Assembly (NCBI GenBank): GCA_001179505.1
Contig: CDMY01000439.1
Coordinates: 12,272 to 76,271 of the forward strand
Length of the DNA stretch: 64,000 nucleotides
From: Vitrella brassicaformis CCMP3155
Taxonomy: Eukaryota > Protista > Chromerida
Direction: 5' to 3'
Under the pieces are notes generated by a model, which made no database searches, had not been told where the DNA came from, and saw nothing but the letters and a program-made list of their open reading frames with translations. This document shows, piece by piece, positions 1 through 12,200 of the stretch. Positions within the stretch are counted from its first letter, which is position 1. Each line of letters starts with the position of its first letter. A program made the translations under genes and the position numbers.

Positions 1-2810
1 ATATACCCCCGCTTTGCTGCTTCCCAGTCTCACATCCCTTCCCCAAGCACACCGCATCCACACAGACAGACGCTAGTTCCACATGAATCTCTCTCTGTCC
101 GTGTGTGAGTGTGTGATTGTGTGTGTTGTGCGTCTCTGGGTGTTGTATCTGAAAGGGCCATCTCATTCGCCATCCCTCTCGCCAATCACACTGACTGCGC
201 CTCCTTCCCTTTTTTCAGCGAGCCTCTGCTCATACTCTCTTCTCTCCCGCTTGTACTCGTCCACCTCTCTCTCGAGATCTCCCACAGCCTCTAAGAGATT
301 CATCATTGGATCGGGCGGCGACAACGGGCTGCTGTAGTAGAAAAGCTGACGTCCATGTCGCTGAGGTACTGGAGCGCCTCGTTCATTGCCTCGTCCCCAG
401 TCTTGTTGCCGATCCACCTCTTGAAGGCCTCCGGTCCTCCCGTGATAAAGCACGCCGCGTGGATGTCCATAGTCCCGTATTCCCACTGGCCTCCGCCCAT
501 CTCCGCATTGTACGTCCATCCCCTCATCCTGTTCTTGATCAGCATTGTCTTGTCAACCTCCTTCTGCAGCCGGCCAGTGTACCAATCCCAGCTGATGGCC
601 CTCGTGTCGAAGCCCTTGTGTGCCACAAGACTCGTCATCTCGTCCTCGTCACCGGGGTCTGTCTGGATCAGGTGGCTCGAGTGCCTTTCCCTCAGTCGCA
701 ACCAGCTGGCCCGTTCGCCGGTCGCGTAGACAATCATTGGCGGGTGCGCATCAGCCACGGCTTCAGTCGTACAGCCCGCCATCTCCAGCGCAGCGAGGAA
801 ATACCGCGCCTCCGAATCCACCAAATACCACGGTGGCTCTTGGTCATCCTGCCGCAAGTAACGATACCACAGGACAGTCAGCTGGCGCCACGTTTCTGTT
901 CTGTCTGGTTGCTCTTACGTGCAGCGTCTGCCGCGCAGTGACGTGTCTGGGCGAGCGTCTGGCGAGGAGTCTTGTGGCGGGATGCCGCGAGATGAACGCA
1001 GCGCCGGCAGCTCCCGAAAAAAAGAACCCAATGGCGACGATGACGTGCAATATCGTTGTCAGACAATTCTCACGCGCGACGATGCACCAATCATGAACCA
1101 TCCCTGTCCGCCGAGAAACAGGCCCCTCAGGGGTGTCCGTAAAACAGTAAAGGCGAACGTTTAGGAAAGGCGTGAAACCGGATGGGATTGCCATCGATTT
1201 TCTCAACCCACCCTCCCGGTGTAGGGAGGGGTAGACAGGCCGTGTGCATGCTTTGCATGTACATGCTGCTAGTTTAGTGCGTGAGACAGACAGGATCCCT
1301 CCGGGGTTACAGACACGAGTCTCGCTCGTTAAACACAATAACCAACCAACCATCAACGTTCGGGTTGTACCCTAAAGTTTGCGGGTGATAGCTACGTTAC
1401 AGAAGCACGTCCAGACGTCAGCAGTGTGTCCAGATCATGCAAGAAGGCAAACAGGTTGCTCTGAGAGGCAACAGACACATATCCACTCACAAAGGGCCTC
1501 TGTCAATTCACGAACAACGGGGTACCCACACACTCAGTCTCACATCCCGTCCGCAAGCACACCGCATCCACACAGACAAACGCTCGTCCACAGGAATCTC
1601 TCTCTGTCCGGCTGTCTCTCCAGAGGGGAGATTATCCCAACCAACCCCCGACATCAGACGCACGCAATCGATCACGCTACACACACAGACAAGCAGACAG
1701 ACAGACAGACAGACACCCGAAAGCACACCGCAGCTACAGACACACGCTCGTTCCTCAGAGCTCTCTCTCTCTCTCTCTGTGCGTGCGTGTGTGCGTGTGT
1801 GTGTGTGTGTGTTGTGCGTTTATGTGTGTTGTACCTATAACCGCTATCTCACTCTCCATCCCTCCCCAATCACACCGACTGTACGGCCGTCACTTTCTGT
1901 GCTCTCTCGTCCAAATCCTCGCGCTCTCTCTTTCTTCTCTGGGCTCGATCGGCGCGCCACTGCTGAAAGTCATGGGTCGTTGACCTCTCAGCAACCCACT
2001 GCTCATACTCGTCCTTCTGCCGGCCGATCTCGGCCAGCCTTTTCTTGACACTTCCCATAGTCTCCATCTGGGTGCTCGTGTCCAGCGAGAAGGGGCTGCT
2101 ATAGCGCAAGAATGGGCCGCTATAGTAGAAAAGGCTGACGTCCCTGTCGCTGAGGTACTGGAGCGCCTGATTCATTGCCTCGTCCCCAGTCTTGTTGCCG
2201 ATCCACCTCTTGAAGGCCTCCTCTCCTCCCGTGATAAAGCACGCCGCGTGGATGTCCATAGTCCCGTATTCCCACTGCCCTCCGCCCATCTCCGTGTTGT
2301 AGGCCCATCCCTTAAACTTTTTCTTCAACAACATCATCTCGTCAATCTGCTCCTGCAGCCGGCCAGAGTTCCAATCGTCCTTGATGGTCCTCATGTCGAA
2401 GCCCTTGTGCGCCACAAGACTCGTCATCACGTCCTCGTCACCGGGGCTTGTCTGGATCAGGTGGCTCGAGTGCCTTTCCTTCAGCTCAGACCAATCATCC
2501 GGCCAGCCAATCGCGTAGAGAATCACCGGCGGGTGTGCAGGATGTATCCATTGAGGTTCGTAGCCGGACCATTCCACTTCACCGATGAAAAACCGCGCGC
2601 CTCCCGATCCGCCAAATACCACGGCCTCTCTTCTTGGTCATCCTGCCGCAAGTAACGACACCACAGGACAGTCAGCTGGCACGTTTCTGTTCTGTCTGGT
2701 TGCTCTTACGTGCAGCGTCTGCCGCGCAGTGACGTGTCTGGGCGAGCGTCTGGCGAGTAGTCCTGTGGCGGGATGCCGCGAGATGAACGCAGCGCCGGCA
2801 GCTCCCAGAA
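1..2810. repeat. Tandem segmental duplication, unit about 1.75 kb (about 1-1020 vs about 1540-2810)
   Basis: Near-identical coding blocks, intron and downstream flank (cacatccc..caagcacaccgcatccacacagaca at about 33 and about 1541). Confidence 0.9.
163..1101 (-). pseudogene. Putative plastid-targeted protein of unknown family, tandem copy A; 2 exons, 1-bp deletion frameshift near 345
   Basis: Exon 1 (1101-919) encodes a hydrophobic leader ending GAAGAAF followed by an R/S/T-rich segment (ISRHPATRLLARRSPRHVTARQTLH). A phase-0 GT-AG intron at 918-849 joins it to DDQEPPWYLVD.... Against copy B, AGC CTT TTC reads AGC TTT TC here; the homologous C-terminus (LFYYSS...EYEQ) continues in ORF 163..519. 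Confidence 0.6.
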
Positions 2811-2835
2811 TGAACAAGTCGATGATGAGGCGCAT
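1870..2835 (-). pseudogene. Putative plastid-targeted protein of unknown family, tandem copy B; 2 exons, 2-bp insertion frameshift near 2597
   Basis: ATG at 2835 (MRLIIDLFILGAAGAAFISRHPAT...QTLH) and intron 2709-2643. Exon 2 starts DDQEERPWYLADREAR, then GCGCGCGG (vs GCGCGG in copy A) shifts the frame. The conserved core HSSHLIQT.PGDED.MTSLVAHKGFD...EMGGGQWEYGTMDIHAACFITGG is in ORF 1870..2622. Confidence 0.6.
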
Positions 2836-2895
2836 CGTTCCCAGACAGTTTCCACGCGCCGAGCACGCCTTTGCTGGTCGAGATTCATTCAGCGA

Positions 2896-3700
2896 TGTCC
2901 TGCACACACAGTCACACCAGACAATGGAACCACTCCGTGAATGATGATATGCTGTGTCAGTGTGTCAACGGATTGACTGCCTCTCTGTGTGTGTGGCCGT
3001 TACGTTGCTTGAATGCGGGCCAGTCACTGGAGAGCGGTGCGCCCGATGGGATGCCGCAGTGAAGGAAGAGGTTTTGTCCAGTCCACTCGACAGATACGAC
3101 CGGCAGACACACGTGTGCTGCAGAAACAGACAGATCTCACTCTTCCTTTACGTAGCGTTGAGGCGGTTGGATCTCTCACAGATCAGGCAGGCAGGCAGGC
3201 GAGCATCCCAGGGGTTCGCTGGTTGGCGTTGTCTTCTTTCTTTCTTTCTGTCTACTGAAGTACGTCATAGCCTCAAGGCCTTCTCACTCTTCCTCCTTTC
3301 CTTTTGGTTTGCGAGCTCCTTCGACACACGGCAGCAGGGGCAAAGATGGAAGAAGAACTGGGGCTCAGGAGCGGAGACGCACGGCTTTGGTTTCTCCAGT
3401 AGGATACAACGAGGGTTTCGAGAGCCGTGGTGTCGCGGAAGCTCGCAGAAATCGACCAGCCCATCTCGACGCAGATGTGACCACACGTCACTCATGGCCT
3501 CCATCGAGGCTTGGGATGAGCTCAGAGGGCCATCAAAATCGCCGGAAAGGGCTCATTTGCCAATTGGATCGAGTGAGGATCGAAGTGCGGGTTTTCTCAA
3601 ACCTGGCATGAGTCGCTCCGCACTGAGGCCACACGCACATAAAGGCAAAGAACGAAGCGAAACAAACGCCCAGAAGCTTCATGTCGGAAAATGCGAGCTT
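2896..3700 (+). repeat. Dispersed non-coding module (CCAATTGG core plus leader-exon/intron arm), copy 1; candidate bidirectional promoter cassette
   Basis: Block 3400-3700 matches the reverse complement of 26620-26981 and 32230-32590. Block 2896-3340 matches the reverse complement of 27790-28232. Lies between divergent genes (copy B on -, QRT3-like on +). Confidence 0.85.
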
Positions 3701-3873
3701 GAGTATGATCACAGGCTGAGAGGCGTTCCAAGACGGCTTACAGAGCTTGAGAAGGATTGTGCAGTTGCTGAGGAGAGTCCTCGTTGCGTCGTCGTGCGCT
3801 ATCGGTGAACGGTCATCGGAGGCGTTAACGCCATCGACCATGGACGTCACGGCGCCTTATCCCGCAGGCCATC

Positions 3874-5958
3874 ATGCTGGTCCCCTTCTCCGGCCGATGC
3901 GTCCCTCGGCTCCTCCCCTGCTCGTCCCATCTCTGCCTCGTGGCAGTCTTCACCCTCGGCGCTATCGCTCAAGCGGCGCCCCCGAGCAGCTTCCTGTCGT
4001 ATGTGAAGGACAACAACCTCACGATGACCGACTTTGCACCGCCCCCGTACGCCTCGCACCTTTCAGGTGCACCAGACCAGCGCAGACGCAACCACCTGGA
4101 CGACTTTCTTTCTCCCTTGCCGCAAGCACCCGCCATACTGACTCCTGATAATGACACGCCGAGCTATTATGTACGGCGCCATTCCTGGGGTTTGTTGACC
4201 TCTCCCTTGATCAGCCCGAGTCGAGATGAATGCGCTGGAAGTCGTGGTGATCTCATTTCGGTTGCTGCCTTTGGTGGTGACCCCACTGGCGTTGCGGACT
4301 CGACAGCCGCGTTTGCCATGGCCATGGGCGCGGCACTGAAGCGCTGGGACGGCAGCTACTTGGCCGAGTGAGTGAGCCATTGAGCGACTGCATCCAAAAT
4401 TACTTCATCTCTCGGTGATGGAATTGGCGCCTGTCTGCGTGTGCAGGGGCATCAAGAACTTGGGCGGTGCGGTGATCTCCCTCGGCGGCGGCCGGTATTC
4501 GGTGTCTGCGCCCGTGGTGATCCCCCGGGGCTATGGTAACCTCCACATGCGTGACGGCACCATCAAGGCCAGCGACACCTTCCCACACGACTGCTATGTG
4601 GTGGCTGCTGGGAGCGACGGGTGCACGGGGGATGACGAGGACCTCGTCAACTTCAACGAGCACCTGTCCTTCTCTAACCTCATGCTGGACGGCAGCAACG
4701 TTGCCTATGGGGTGCTGTGGCTCCACCACACCATCGGGGCGGTGGTTGGGACGAACCTGTTCTTAGGGTTTCAGCAGAGGGGCGTCTATATCCGGCTCGG
4801 ACACGAGGTGACAACAGCCGAGCACCCATCGATCCCTCACAAACAGACATCGTTTGTGTGCTGTTGTGGCGGTCAGGTGGTGGTCGAGTCGACGTGGATG
4901 GGTCAGTATCTGTTCTCGGACGAGCGCAAGCAGACGAGCCAGACGGCGACGGCCATCTACATTTCGGCCAACGACCATGTGGTGTCCAACGTAGTCATAT
5001 TTTCGGCCCTCGTCGGAGTAGTCGACAAGTGCGTTCTTCGGATCATCCGTCACTCCGGATCACTATCATGTGTCTGATGTCATTTGTTTAGGGGTGCGGG
5101 CAACACCTTTGTGGGTCTGCACAGCTGGAATGGGTCGGGGACATCTTTCATCTCAACGGGATACAACACGCGCATTCTCGGATGGTACATATGCACACAG
5201 GGAGCGACCCAAACGGTGTGGCATGCATGGTGTGTGTGGTGTATGTGGCTATGGCTGGCAGCTACCCTGACTTCAACGACGTCATATTGGAGAACCCCTA
5301 CCACGTCACCGTAAGCAAGAATGGATGGACGGCAGTGCATTCACGGTGCTCACTCCTGCCACATGTGGGTGCGTGACCACTTAGGTGACAAACAGTTTCT
5401 TCCTCGGCGGTGCGCAGATTGTGCTGAGGGCCAACAGAGACGAGAAAACCGCCCGGCGGCCGCCTGTCATTCGGGTGGGTCCTGCTGCCTCTGCCGCACC
5501 TCCAACACACAGCGAATCTAGCTTCATGTGTGTGTGAGAGTGTGTTTGTCGATGGATTGGTGCATATTCAGGGGTTGATCATCCGCACCAACACCTTCGA
5601 CTTCAGCGACGAGAGCATCATTCAGCTGCATGGCGAGTTCGACAGTGTGTCGGACACCTTCATCGGCGGCAACATCGTCAGCAACAACATGACGGCCGTC
5701 AGCACATCGTCCACCAGACAGCTGCACCTCACAAACGCCACCGAATGGGAATTCGACCTGTCCGATGAGCTGCTGTTCGCGACCATCCAGAGGGTGCAGT
5801 ATTCTCTGGAGCTTGACGACGGCCAGCCGCTGGTGCGGCATGCGTCGCGGCCGGCCCGGGGCAATCGGGTGGTGGTCGAGACGGATGTGCCAGTGAGCGG
5901 CACTGTGACCATCGCCGTCGACCAGAGCAGGCTGACAAAGGGCGGCCTCTCGGCCTGA
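3874..5958 (+). CDS. QRT3-like polygalacturonase / pectin-lyase-fold (right-handed beta-helix) protein with N-terminal hydrophobic segment; multi-exon
   Basis: ISVAAFGGDPTGVADSTAAF (Pectate_lyase_3-type start), GIKNLGGAVISLGGGRYSVSAPVVIP, GTIKASDTFP and C-terminal WEFDLSDELLF..I..VQYS...VVVETD.PV...V...VDQS resemble plant QRT3 as recalled; GT-AG introns link the ORF pieces. Start could be at 3840 via a short intron. Confidence 0.75.
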
Positions 5959-6265
5959 GGGACGACTGTGGGAAACGCATCAGTGTGTCTGTGTCTGTGG
6001 GCTTACACTCGACTCAGCTTAGCTCGTGTGTCTTTGTGGACAGTGTGTGTGTGTGTGTGTGTGTGTGCTGGTTGGTGTTTCGTCTCGTGAGGTAGAAGAT
6101 CGAGACGGTGTCAAGTAGGCTGGTGCACACAAACATAGATTTGTACGCCAGCCACATGTCTGTATATGTTGAATTCATTTGTCTGTCAATTGCACACATC
6201 GTTCGTACGATCCCTATCAAGTATGTTCCCTCGTCTCACACGCACACACCCGTTGCCGCCTTCAC

Positions 6266-9200
6266 TCATCCCCTGACCTGCACCGCCTCCCCCTCCCCAT
6301 TCCCTCTGAACGAAAACTTGCCCATCCCTGTCGCCACGTCGGGCGGCACAGGCGCGCCCTCTGAAAACACTGACGTCTCCCCGCCTGACAGCATGCTCTG
6401 CTGCGTCACTTCCTGAGAGATCTCAGGGGCCGCCGGGGTGATCGCCGTTTTCTGGGCGTGTGCCGTTGTCCTCTTGGTGAGGGTGTCCGGGGGAAGGGGC
6501 GCGTTGGGGCCTAGCTTCTTGGCGATTGCCTTGGGATCGGACACCACCTCGATGGTCTTCTTCAGCAGAGGGCGGCCTTGAGCGCTGCGTGCAGACCAGA
6601 CGGAGACACGAGGCCATAGAGAGATTGCAAGTGGCGTGTTGTTTCGTCCTGTCCGCTCACTCTATCATCTGCTCATGCAGTCGGTCGAACTGTTCGGGCT
6701 CGAGCACCTCGGCGATCACCGGCAGCTGGAGGATGTGGGCCTTGTGTCGCACCGACACGATCTGCTCCACACGCGCAGCCACAGTGGCACAGAGCTCGAC
6801 GGTCACCGGCAGGGCCAGCCCGGGAGGCACCTGCCCATGACACACACTCATTATGGCTGGTTTGTGGCCATGTGTGTGTGCGCTTCACCGCCTGTGGTGT
6901 GTAGTGTATGTTGATGAGGTTTGACTGCGGCCCCTTGACGTTGAAGCGGCACACGTCCACATCGAAATTGCGCAGCTTGAAGTGCAGCCGGTAGATGTGC
7001 CCCTGACGCAGAGGACCGAATCTGAGGGACGGCGGCTCCACCTGCACCAAGGTGTTGGGGTCGCCCAGGCCCTGCAGACAGACAAGACAGACAAGACAGA
7101 CACACAGATCGATGCGTGTCTGTATGTCCCCTGCTCAGCCCGCCCCCCACCTGCATGGATGCGGTGCGCATGAGGTCCATGTTGCTGTCGACGTGGCCCT
7201 TGAGGGCGTTGTAGGCGACCATCGACAGGTGGGGGGTGTCCTTCGGCACCGACCCACGTTGCATCGCCGCACACAGGCCAGCACCCGTCATCCTCAGCGT
7301 AGAGACAGAGGGCGCCTTCACACACACACACACACACGCACACACACAGAGGGAGAGAGAGAGGCGTAGTAATTCCAAGGCTGCCTCACCTGCGCGGCGT
7401 TCTTCCTGCTGGCGACGGCGGCCACCCTCACCCGCCGATCCACCGGCCCCTCCACATACATAGCGGGGTTGAGCGTCATGAAAGGCCTCTCTCTCGGCCG
7501 CCCCACCTCCCTCGGTCGACCGTACACATCAAACGACGCGCTCTTCTTGTTCGGGTGAGGCGGAAAGGGGTTCTTCTTGGGGGCGGCCACGCCAGGGATG
7601 GGCAGAGTGCCGGTCCGGAACGGAGACACAGGCGCTTGTGGGGGCAGCACGAAGCCTCGAGACACCTGCAGAGGTGGGGGAGCTCGCGGCTGGGAGGGAG
7701 GGGGCGTGTCGAAGTAGGAGGTGGGTGGGGGCGGGGACGATTTGGTGACAGGACGGGTGCCCTCAGCAGTGAACGGCTGGCTCGGCGGCTGCTGGACAGT
7801 GGACCGAGACGGCGGCAGCGGCGCCCAGATGTCGTCATCGCCGCCATGCCCCGTCCACCTCTCGGCCTCCTTCCCCATCGACCTCTTCATCTCTCTGTCC
7901 TCCCGCACTCGTGCGATCTCCGCCGCTGGCGTCACCATGGGCATTCCACTCGTCATGAGCCACTTGATGCCCTCCTCAGTCTCGAAATACTTGAGCGACC
8001 GGCCCGCCTTCAACACGGGCACCCGTCTTGGCAATGCCGCAGCGGTCTCGTCGACCCCCAGGTCCCACTGAGGCGGCACTTGGCCTGGTGCGGGTGAGCT
8101 GAGCTGGGAGAGGGCGATGGATGGCTCCCGGGGCAGCCCCAGCTGCTGGGAGGATGGCATGAGGTAGCCGTCCAGGTTAGCATCGCCGTCACCAACTTCT
8201 CGGAAGGTCTCTGCGAGCGGGGCTGCATGGGCAGTGATAGTTTGCGCGGCGTCCTGTGGCTCATGTGGGCTTAGGAGGCTCCGCAGGCAGGCGATGGCTT
8301 CGTCATTCCAGTCAGATGCACGCCGGTCCAGTGATGCCCCCGAGCGCACCGTCAGGCTCTCCAGCTCTAGCCCCAGCGGCATCGGCACTTCCGCATCAGC
8401 CAGCAGGGCCATGGCGGCCTCGCTCTCGCCCTTGGCCTTCTTGCCGCCCTTCTTGCCCTTGGCGCTGCCGCCGTTCTTGTCTCCTTTGTTGTCGGGGCTT
8501 GCCGAGTCGAAGTGGTGCGGCGCGTTGCCGTAGTGCTGCTCCCACGCTGCGTAGGTTTGCAGGGCCTTGGTGAAGGCCGCCCACTGGTCCTCCGACAGCT
8601 CCTGATACTCCAACAGATGCCTGCACACTCACACAGAAACACACACAGATGAGGCACGTGACAATGGTGGGCAGCAGTGGCCGCCCACCGCATGACGAGG
8701 GCGTCCTTCCCGTTCGCATTGTTGTGGTCGTCGGTTTGCTCATCCACGCCGGCCACCACCGGCGGCAGCTTGAGGGGCTGCATGGGCTGACGAGGACCCT
8801 TGGCACACGCGTAGTGGTAGATCGTGTGCAGCCTGCACCCTGCACAAACGAGTGGGACACAGAGACACGAGAAATGCATTTCCCACTTCTATCCCATCTT
8901 GGTGTTCCACCCACCCTCAAAAGGAGCGTCCAGGTCTCTCGCCGGCGGCACAATCATCTCGGGGTTATCGGCCGCTTTCTGCAGCACGTTCCCGGCCTCT
9001 TTCTCATGCAGCAGCTCATCCGCCTCGCCAGTCTGCCCATACACGACGAACAGCCGCGGCCTTGGTGCTTCGGGTGGCAGTGGGAGGAAGGTTCTGTCTG
9101 GATGGCAGTAGGGGGTGTTTGGCACACGGCATCGCGGCGATGACGGCTCGCCACTGATGGCCACCGCGAGCTCGACATTGGAAGAGCCATCGCCGATGAG

Positions 9201-12200
9201 AGTGAACTTGTTACGCTCCGCGTCCTCGATGCGCACCAGGTTCTCGTCACAGTGGGCCACGTACAGGCCGATGGGGTCGCTCTCCCCCTCTGTGGTGCCC
9301 TCTCCTTGCCACGCCACCCTCACATTGCCGCACCCATTGGACCGCACGAGCGTGCCGTCGGGCCGGCGGAGGCAGGCGCGCGCTGACTTGGGGACCAGGC
9401 GGAGAGTGGGACGCGCGGATGAGAGGAGGGCATTGTTTGGGTCGAAGTTCTCCACCCTCTCCGCTATGATCTCCCGCACCACCTGAAGCTGCGTCTTGTC
9501 CGGACAGATGACTCGCGCCTGCATGCACCACACACAAACGGCGGTGAAAGAATGAATGCGTGTTTTTCCCATGTAGCACCTCGGTGGTCAGTGCTCCTGC
9601 ATCTCCTGCCGCGCCGGAGGGGTATGTCCTTTTGAGGACTGTCTTGGCGTAGCCCTCCTTCTCGACAGTGATGGTCGTGTTGTCGGGCAGCCTCCATGCT
9701 GCCGCCGAGGTGGGGGGGTGCTGCGGTATGGGGGAAGATGTGACGATACGGGTGCCGTCGCCAAACAGCGCCACCTGAAGAAAGACATCAGACGACAACC
9801 ATACAGGAAGGAAGCGGAAGCGAGTGCGTGGGTGGCGAAAAGGCGTTAACTCACACGCTCATCTTTGCCATCGGTTGGTGGGCTCTGCACGATGGCCACC
9901 TCTGTCTCGGCCAAAACGACCTTGTCATGAGTGTGTGGGTCCCTCTGGATGGCGATGGACAGCTCACCCAGAGGGTACTCCAGCCACCCGCCCTCCACCA
10001 ACACAGCCCCAAAGAACACCTGCGGGTGGTATACGGGCTGCTCTGCCTCTCCCTGTGTCTCTGCCGCCTGTCCTTCGGCAGCTTCCTCCCCCTCGCTCTC
10101 AGCTGCGGGCCCCTGCAGCGACGTCTGGTCTGGATGGAACCTGCCGAATCGCCTGGCGTCAGGCCGGCACACCAACCAGTGCCCGGGCACCCCCTGCTCC
10201 ACCCTCCCCAATCCCCACGGGTCTTCACGCATGTCCTCGTGAGCGCGCCAGATGTTCTTCTCGGTGTCGACCTCGCCCATGCCCTCCAGAGTGTCGCATG
10301 CACGTGTGTCGAGGAGGGAGATGAGGGCGTCGAAAAGGGGCAGGGTGGACGGAGGGGCAGCGCTGCGGCGACTGGTGAGCTCCGCACGAGTGGGGTTGCG
10401 CGATGCCAGTGTGCCGTCCTGAATGAATGAATGAACAGCGGGCAACCGATCACATTGTGAGCGGATGATTAGTTCCTTACCGGGCAGAGCGTCTCGAGTC
10501 TCCCCGACATGAGTTCCCTCACCACGACCCCGCTGCCCAACACCCGCCTCCCGACCTCCTCATCCTCAACACACCCGAAGTAGTAGCGAGCACTCGTCAA
10601 TCGGCTCCGCGGCTGCTGCCCCTCATCGGTCCCCGGCACCTCCCCCTCGGACATCTGCAGCCGTGCCTCAATGAGCGCCACTCGAGTGAGCACGTCGTGT
10701 GGCGAGGGGAAGAGAAATGGCAGGGCAGTCGGGGGCGTCATGGCGACCGAGCCGTCCGGCATGCACTGGATGGTGAGGCCTGTGAAGGACGCGTAGGTGA
10801 GAAGCACGCCCAGCGGGGAGGTCTGTTGGGGCCACGAGAGACACGGCTGCTTCAGCTGATCCAGGTCCAGCTGAGGGGCGGGAGGGGCATTCTCGTCGTC
10901 GCCAGTGGCCTGCTGCTGCTCTTCATTGGATTCAGAGGGGGCAGGCAGATCGTCGGGTGTCCGCGTGACCGCATAGTGCTGACTGTGGTGCATCTGCACG
11001 GTCAGCCGCGAATGGTTGTCGAACGTCAGCCAGAACACGCCATAAGACAGGGCGGAGAGCTGGTCTCGTTCCTTTGGCCGGGGAGGCTCCTCATTGCTGT
11101 CTTTGGCCGCAGGCTGCTCTGCCGGTGGTGTCTCCTCAGCAGCTTCTTCGCCCTCATTCTCTTCCTCCCCCTCTGCGGCCTGTTCCCCAGCTGGCGGGGG
11201 CATCAGCTCCTCGACAGCAGCGTCATACGCCTCCACCGCCTGATCAAATACAAAATAGAGCGAAGAACACTCAAAGGTTTTCCTGACACCTATTCTTACT
11301 TGCAAGAGTTGTTCTTTGCGTTTGGCCCAGGTCTCGTCCGAGTAGATGCCCATAGTGAGGTCCTCCTTGTATATCCTGCCCCACCGCACACAGTGCGTGG
11401 CCGGCGGGTCGTAGCCCGGCGGGACCGGTGGAGGCGCCAGCGGGTCCTTGGGCACCTCACTCTCCTTGGCCGACTTCTTGGCTGTTCACAGGGGAGGCAA
11501 GGCAAGCAGATTGTAACGGCCGCTTTTGCGTTCTGACGTCTGACCTTTCCTCTTTTTCTTTGGGTCGGTTTCTTCCTTCGGCGGTGGGGGAATGGGCGTT
11601 GGGAGGAATTCGTGAGTGCGCTGGGCTCCGTGCTGCTGAGTGGTGACGACCATGATGGAGCCGTCTGCCGGCGTGATGACCTTGGTTGTGTGGCGCAGGT
11701 GGTGGTAGCTCTGGGCGGGCAGCTCGTAGAGCATTGAAGGCACTGGACCTCCCTGGGAACAGAAGACAAAGCCGAAGGAGTGCGAGACATGAAATCAAAA
11801 CAGTGTTGCACCTACCTTTATGAAGTTCCGCCATTCGATGAACGAAGGTCTCCCAAGCCACGGTGCATTCCAACAGTGCCAATAACAGCGCCCAGGCAAC
11901 GCCCTTAATGCAAGACACACGGAGAGAAGAAAAGATGTCGATTCCGCTCACAGACCCATCCACACTTGCACGCCAAGTGAGCACCGCACCTCTGATGGAA
12001 GACCACAAGCAGGGCGTCCATTCGCGGGACGTACTGAGTGGCCATGAGCCAGCTGTCGCGGTCCACCACACACTTGCCCATCGCCTCGGCCACAATGCTG
12101 GCCGACACACGCTCACGAAACCGCCAGCTCTGCAGCCCCCAACAACGCTCGGGCTGGACCTGAGGAGTTGTCAGACACAGAATACGCGAGCAGCAGCGTT

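Noticed and set aside
1100-1380. Short inverted motif cgaacgtt...aacgttcg upstream of copy A
   Set aside because: Only 8 bp, no TSD, compatible with chance.
2954-3808. 284-aa ORF and the recurring peptide ERAHLPIGSSEDR (also in ORFs 26617..26847 and 31953..32681)
   Set aside because: It is the translation of the repeated module. Copies differ by indels and stops outside the short core and the ORF crosses microsatellites, so there is no sign of coding constraint.
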